DNA of 64,000 nucleotides from Dehalococcoidia bacterium (GTDB lineage Bacteria; Chloroflexota; Dehalococcoidia; UBA2979): NCBI GenBank assembly GCA_050250415.1, contig JBFWOO010000003.1, positions 67,491 to 131,490 of the forward strand, read 5' to 3'. Shown piece by piece: positions 62,066 to 64,000 of this stretch (position 1 is its first letter; each line of letters starts with the position of its first letter). The notes under the pieces were generated by a model. It saw only the letters and a program-made list of their open reading frames with translations, ran no database searches and was not told where the DNA came from. The position numbers and the translations under genes were made by a program.

Positions 62066-63211
62066 CTAGTAGCGGCCGATCGCGACGATGCCGCCCTCGC
62101 CGAGCAGCCGCTCGTCGTCCGCGAAGACCGCGAGCGCGCCCTGGCGGAGCGCCGCCTGCAGCAGCCGCTCCACGGCGTCGCCATCGATGCTCGACTCGTG
62201 CAGACGGGTGTCCTCGACGGTCCCGAGGTGGTCGACGGCGTCCTGGTGGACGATGACGGTGGCGACGCGCCCCTGCTCGCAGGCGTGGCCGATCGCCTCG
62301 AGGCCGTTCACGGCGTTCGGCTCGGCGCCACCGAACCACTGCTCCGTGCGCCGGCGCCCGTTCTCCAGTTGCACGTCCAGCGCGAGGTGGCGGAGCCGCT
62401 CGTAGCGCTCGCGCTCCTCCTCGCCGTGCGGGGGCGCGTTGAGCTGCACCGCGCGCGCGGCGACGCTCTCCGGGAGCCGTGCGAGCAGCTGCGACCGCGC
62501 CTCGTCGACCCCCTCGACCACGAGGAGGTCGTCCGGGTGGACGAACTTGGCGACGTGCTCCTCGGCCTCGTTCGCGAACAGGTTGCGCTGCGCCTCGACC
62601 CACCGCTCGACGTTCGCGTAGGCGTGGCCGGTGCCGGCGGTGCCGCCGACGGGCCCGCCCTGCGCGGAGCGGTTGGTGCGCTGGCCGAGCTTCGACGTGT
62701 AGTGCTGTGGCCAGTCCACTTCGTCGGAGCCGGTGGCGGCGCCGTAGCGGACGCGGACGACGTCCATGGTGTGCATGTCCGTGGTGACGAGCGCGACGGG
62801 CCGGTCGAGGTAGGCCGCGCGGGCCACCTCGAAGACGCGGGGGCCGTCGCCGACGGAGACGCTGGAGCGGATCGGCTGCGCGAGCTCGAGGATGGTGAAC
62901 GGCGCGGGATCGGCGTGGCCCTCGACGACGGGGTGGGAGACCCAGACGAGTCCGAGCACACCGCGCGCGCTGGCGTCCTCGGCGGCGGCGAGGAGGGCGG
63001 TGATGTCCTCGTCGAGCGCGCCCGCCTCCCGCGACTCGAGCCCGGCGCCGGCCTCGCGGGCGGCGTGGCGGAAGGGCTGGAGGACGGGCGGCTGACCGGA
63101 CCCATCGGGTGTGAGGTCCAGCGTTGCGGTGAGCGTGAGCCGCCCGCTCTCGTGGTCGAGCAGCCGCCCCACGAGCCCCTCGAGGCGTCCGGTCTGCGCG
63201 TCAGTGGTCAT
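62066..63211 (-). CDS. eRF1/Pelota-like (bacterial aeRF1-type, Rv2629/Vms1-like) domain protein
   Basis: 381 aa. The C-terminal region (…ACEQGRVATVIVHQDAVDHLGTV…ERLLQAALRQGALAVFADDERLLGEGGIVAIGRY) resembles eRF1 domain 3. It has a central loop …KLGQRTNRSAQGG…. The size matches the actinobacterial eRF1-like proteins. Family call is from memory. Confidence 0.45.
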   Translation of the reverse strand: MTTDAQTGRLEGLVGRLLDHESGRLTLTATLDLTPDGSGQPPVLQPFRHAAREAGAGLESREAGALDEDITALLAAAEDASARGVLGLVWVSHPVVEGHADPAPFTILELAQPIRSSVSVGDGPRVFEVARAAYLDRPVALVTTDMHTMDVVRVRYGAATGSDEVDWPQHYTSKLGQRTNRSAQGGPVGGTAGTGHAYANVERWVEAQRNLFANEAEEHVAKFVHPDDLLVVEGVDEARSQLLARLPESVAARAVQLNAPPHGEEERERYERLRHLALDVQLENGRRRTEQWFGGAEPNAVNGLEAIGHACEQGRVATVIVHQDAVDHLGTVEDTRLHESSIDGDAVERLLQAALRQGALAVFADDERLLGEGGIVAIGRY

Positions 63212-63310
63212 CGAGCCACCCCTTTCACGGGAACCCCTCGACGCTATCGGGGTCGCGGTTGCGGTGGCATAAACCGAAGTCCCGCCGGGAGGGGGCGGAG
63301 GTCCTAGGAG

Positions 63311-63517
63311 CTAGGCCGGCAGGACGCGCACGTCCTCGACGTGTTCCTCGATCTCCTCGATGTGTTGCTTCAGTTCGCGTGGCAGCGAGGCCAACACACC
63401 GCTCGCGTTCCATCGTCGGGTCTCAAGGCGCTGTGCCTCCTCCTCCGACTCAGCCTCGATCTCAGTGGTGACCCAGCCCGCCAGCGACCAGGTTCGAGTG
63501 ATTGCGTATTTCGGCAT
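63311..63517 (-). CDS. Small acidic protein (possibly a HicB-like / antitoxin-like fold)
   Basis: MPKYAITRTWSLAGWVTTEIEAESEEEAQRLETRRW…, 68 aa. ATG at 63517 with GGAGG 5 nt upstream. Confidence 0.4.
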   Translation of the reverse strand: MPKYAITRTWSLAGWVTTEIEAESEEEAQRLETRRWNASGVLASLPRELKQHIEEIEEHVEDVRVLPA

Positions 63518-63572
63518 GCGTTCCTCCGGACGAGACGGTAGTCGGACCGATACCAGTCGGAGGCCCCGAGCG

Positions 63573-64000
63573 TCAGTCGATAGACGGCACACCAGAACGA
63601 GCGAGTAGCTCGGCGATACGCTCAAACTGCTCCGGCGGCAGCGTCGTGTCCCGGCCGTCTGGCTGAGGCACGCAAATGATCTGGCCGCGCCGCGCTCGCG
63701 TCAGGATGACGCGGTAGCCGTTCACGATGTAGCGGGCACGCTCCGCATTCGCCTTCTGCCACCGCGTGCCCTTGAATTGCCGCGCCGACCAAGACCCGAG
63801 CTGGGGCACGAGGTCGTTCCCCCAGACCACGCCGGCCCAGTCGATCTCGAGGCCCTGGCAATCGAAGTTCGTTGCAGCGATCTCAAGGTGGTCGGAACCG
63901 CGCACGTCGCCTCGGCCGGCGAGGAACCACTCCGCCCACTTCCGCTCGCGCTGTAGCACCTGTCCGTCGAGCCCCCAAGCGCGGAGGCGCCGTGCCTCGG
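63573..64000 (-). CDS. C-terminal fragment of a DUF2075-like (Schlafen-like/helicase-like) NTPase; gene continues beyond the window end
   Basis: …HLEIAATNFDCQGLEIDWAGVVWGNDLV…ARYIVNGYRVILTRARRGQIICV… matches the C-terminal patterns of DUF2075/UvrD-like proteins. The frame stays open to position 64000. Confidence 0.5.
   Translation of the reverse strand, partial: EARRLRAWGLDGQVLQRERKWAEWFLAGRGDVRGSDHLEIAATNFDCQGLEIDWAGVVWGNDLVPQLGSWSARQFKGTRWQKANAERARYIVNGYRVILTRARRGQIICVPQPDGRDTTLPPEQFERIAELLARSGVPSID

Overview
The window is very GC-rich (about 70% or more by eye) and looks like actinobacterial core chromosome. GC3-biased codon use picks out the true reading frame; most of the long six-frame ORFs are antisense or overlapping artefacts. 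Genes I can support, in order: groEL (N-terminal fragment) and groES with an upstream CIRCE/HrcA operator; tsaD; a MarR regulator; tRNA-Thr(CGT); a MerR regulator; an MMPL/RND exporter; glutathione peroxidase; a GltD-like oxidoreductase; an ECF sigma/RskA anti-sigma pair; an MFS transporter; a MoxR-DUF58-DUF4129 module; murI; pyrF; a complete F-type ATP synthase operon (atpZ-B-E-F-H-A-G-D-C); an MBL hydrolase; an SPFH protein; murA; mreB; rex; pabB-pabC; an orphan OmpR-type response regulator with a hydroxyacid dehydrogenase/HpcH aldolase/Ldh_2 cluster; amt-glnK-glnD; crotonyl-CoA carboxylase/reductase; and several lipoproteins, small membrane proteins and regulators (HxlR, GNAT, DsbA-like, OsmC). 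Candidates worth a second look: (1) a convergent PD-(D/E)xK nuclease plus Dam-class adenine methyltransferase pair (about 44.6-46.1 kb) that resembles a small type II R-M module, where the methyltransferase has no canonical start codon in frame upstream of its FLKWAGGK motif; (2) an array of about 135-bp GC-rich palindromic repeats between merR and the MMPL exporter (5.85-6.43 kb); (3) a 13-bp tandem repeat (x6-7) beside CIRCE in the groES divergent region; (4) an AtpB a-subunit with a roughly 130-aa acidic/His-rich insertion and His-rich tail, plus a c-subunit with a signal-like N-terminal extension; (5) short in-frame tandem DNA repeats encoding peptide repeats at the termini of MarR and PabB; (6) a K/E-rich 325-aa protein with an N-terminal QRTAGN motif reminiscent of toxin-associated DUF4157 leaders; (7) a 3' terminal cluster of an eRF1-like protein, a tiny HicB-like protein and a truncated DUF2075-like NTPase.
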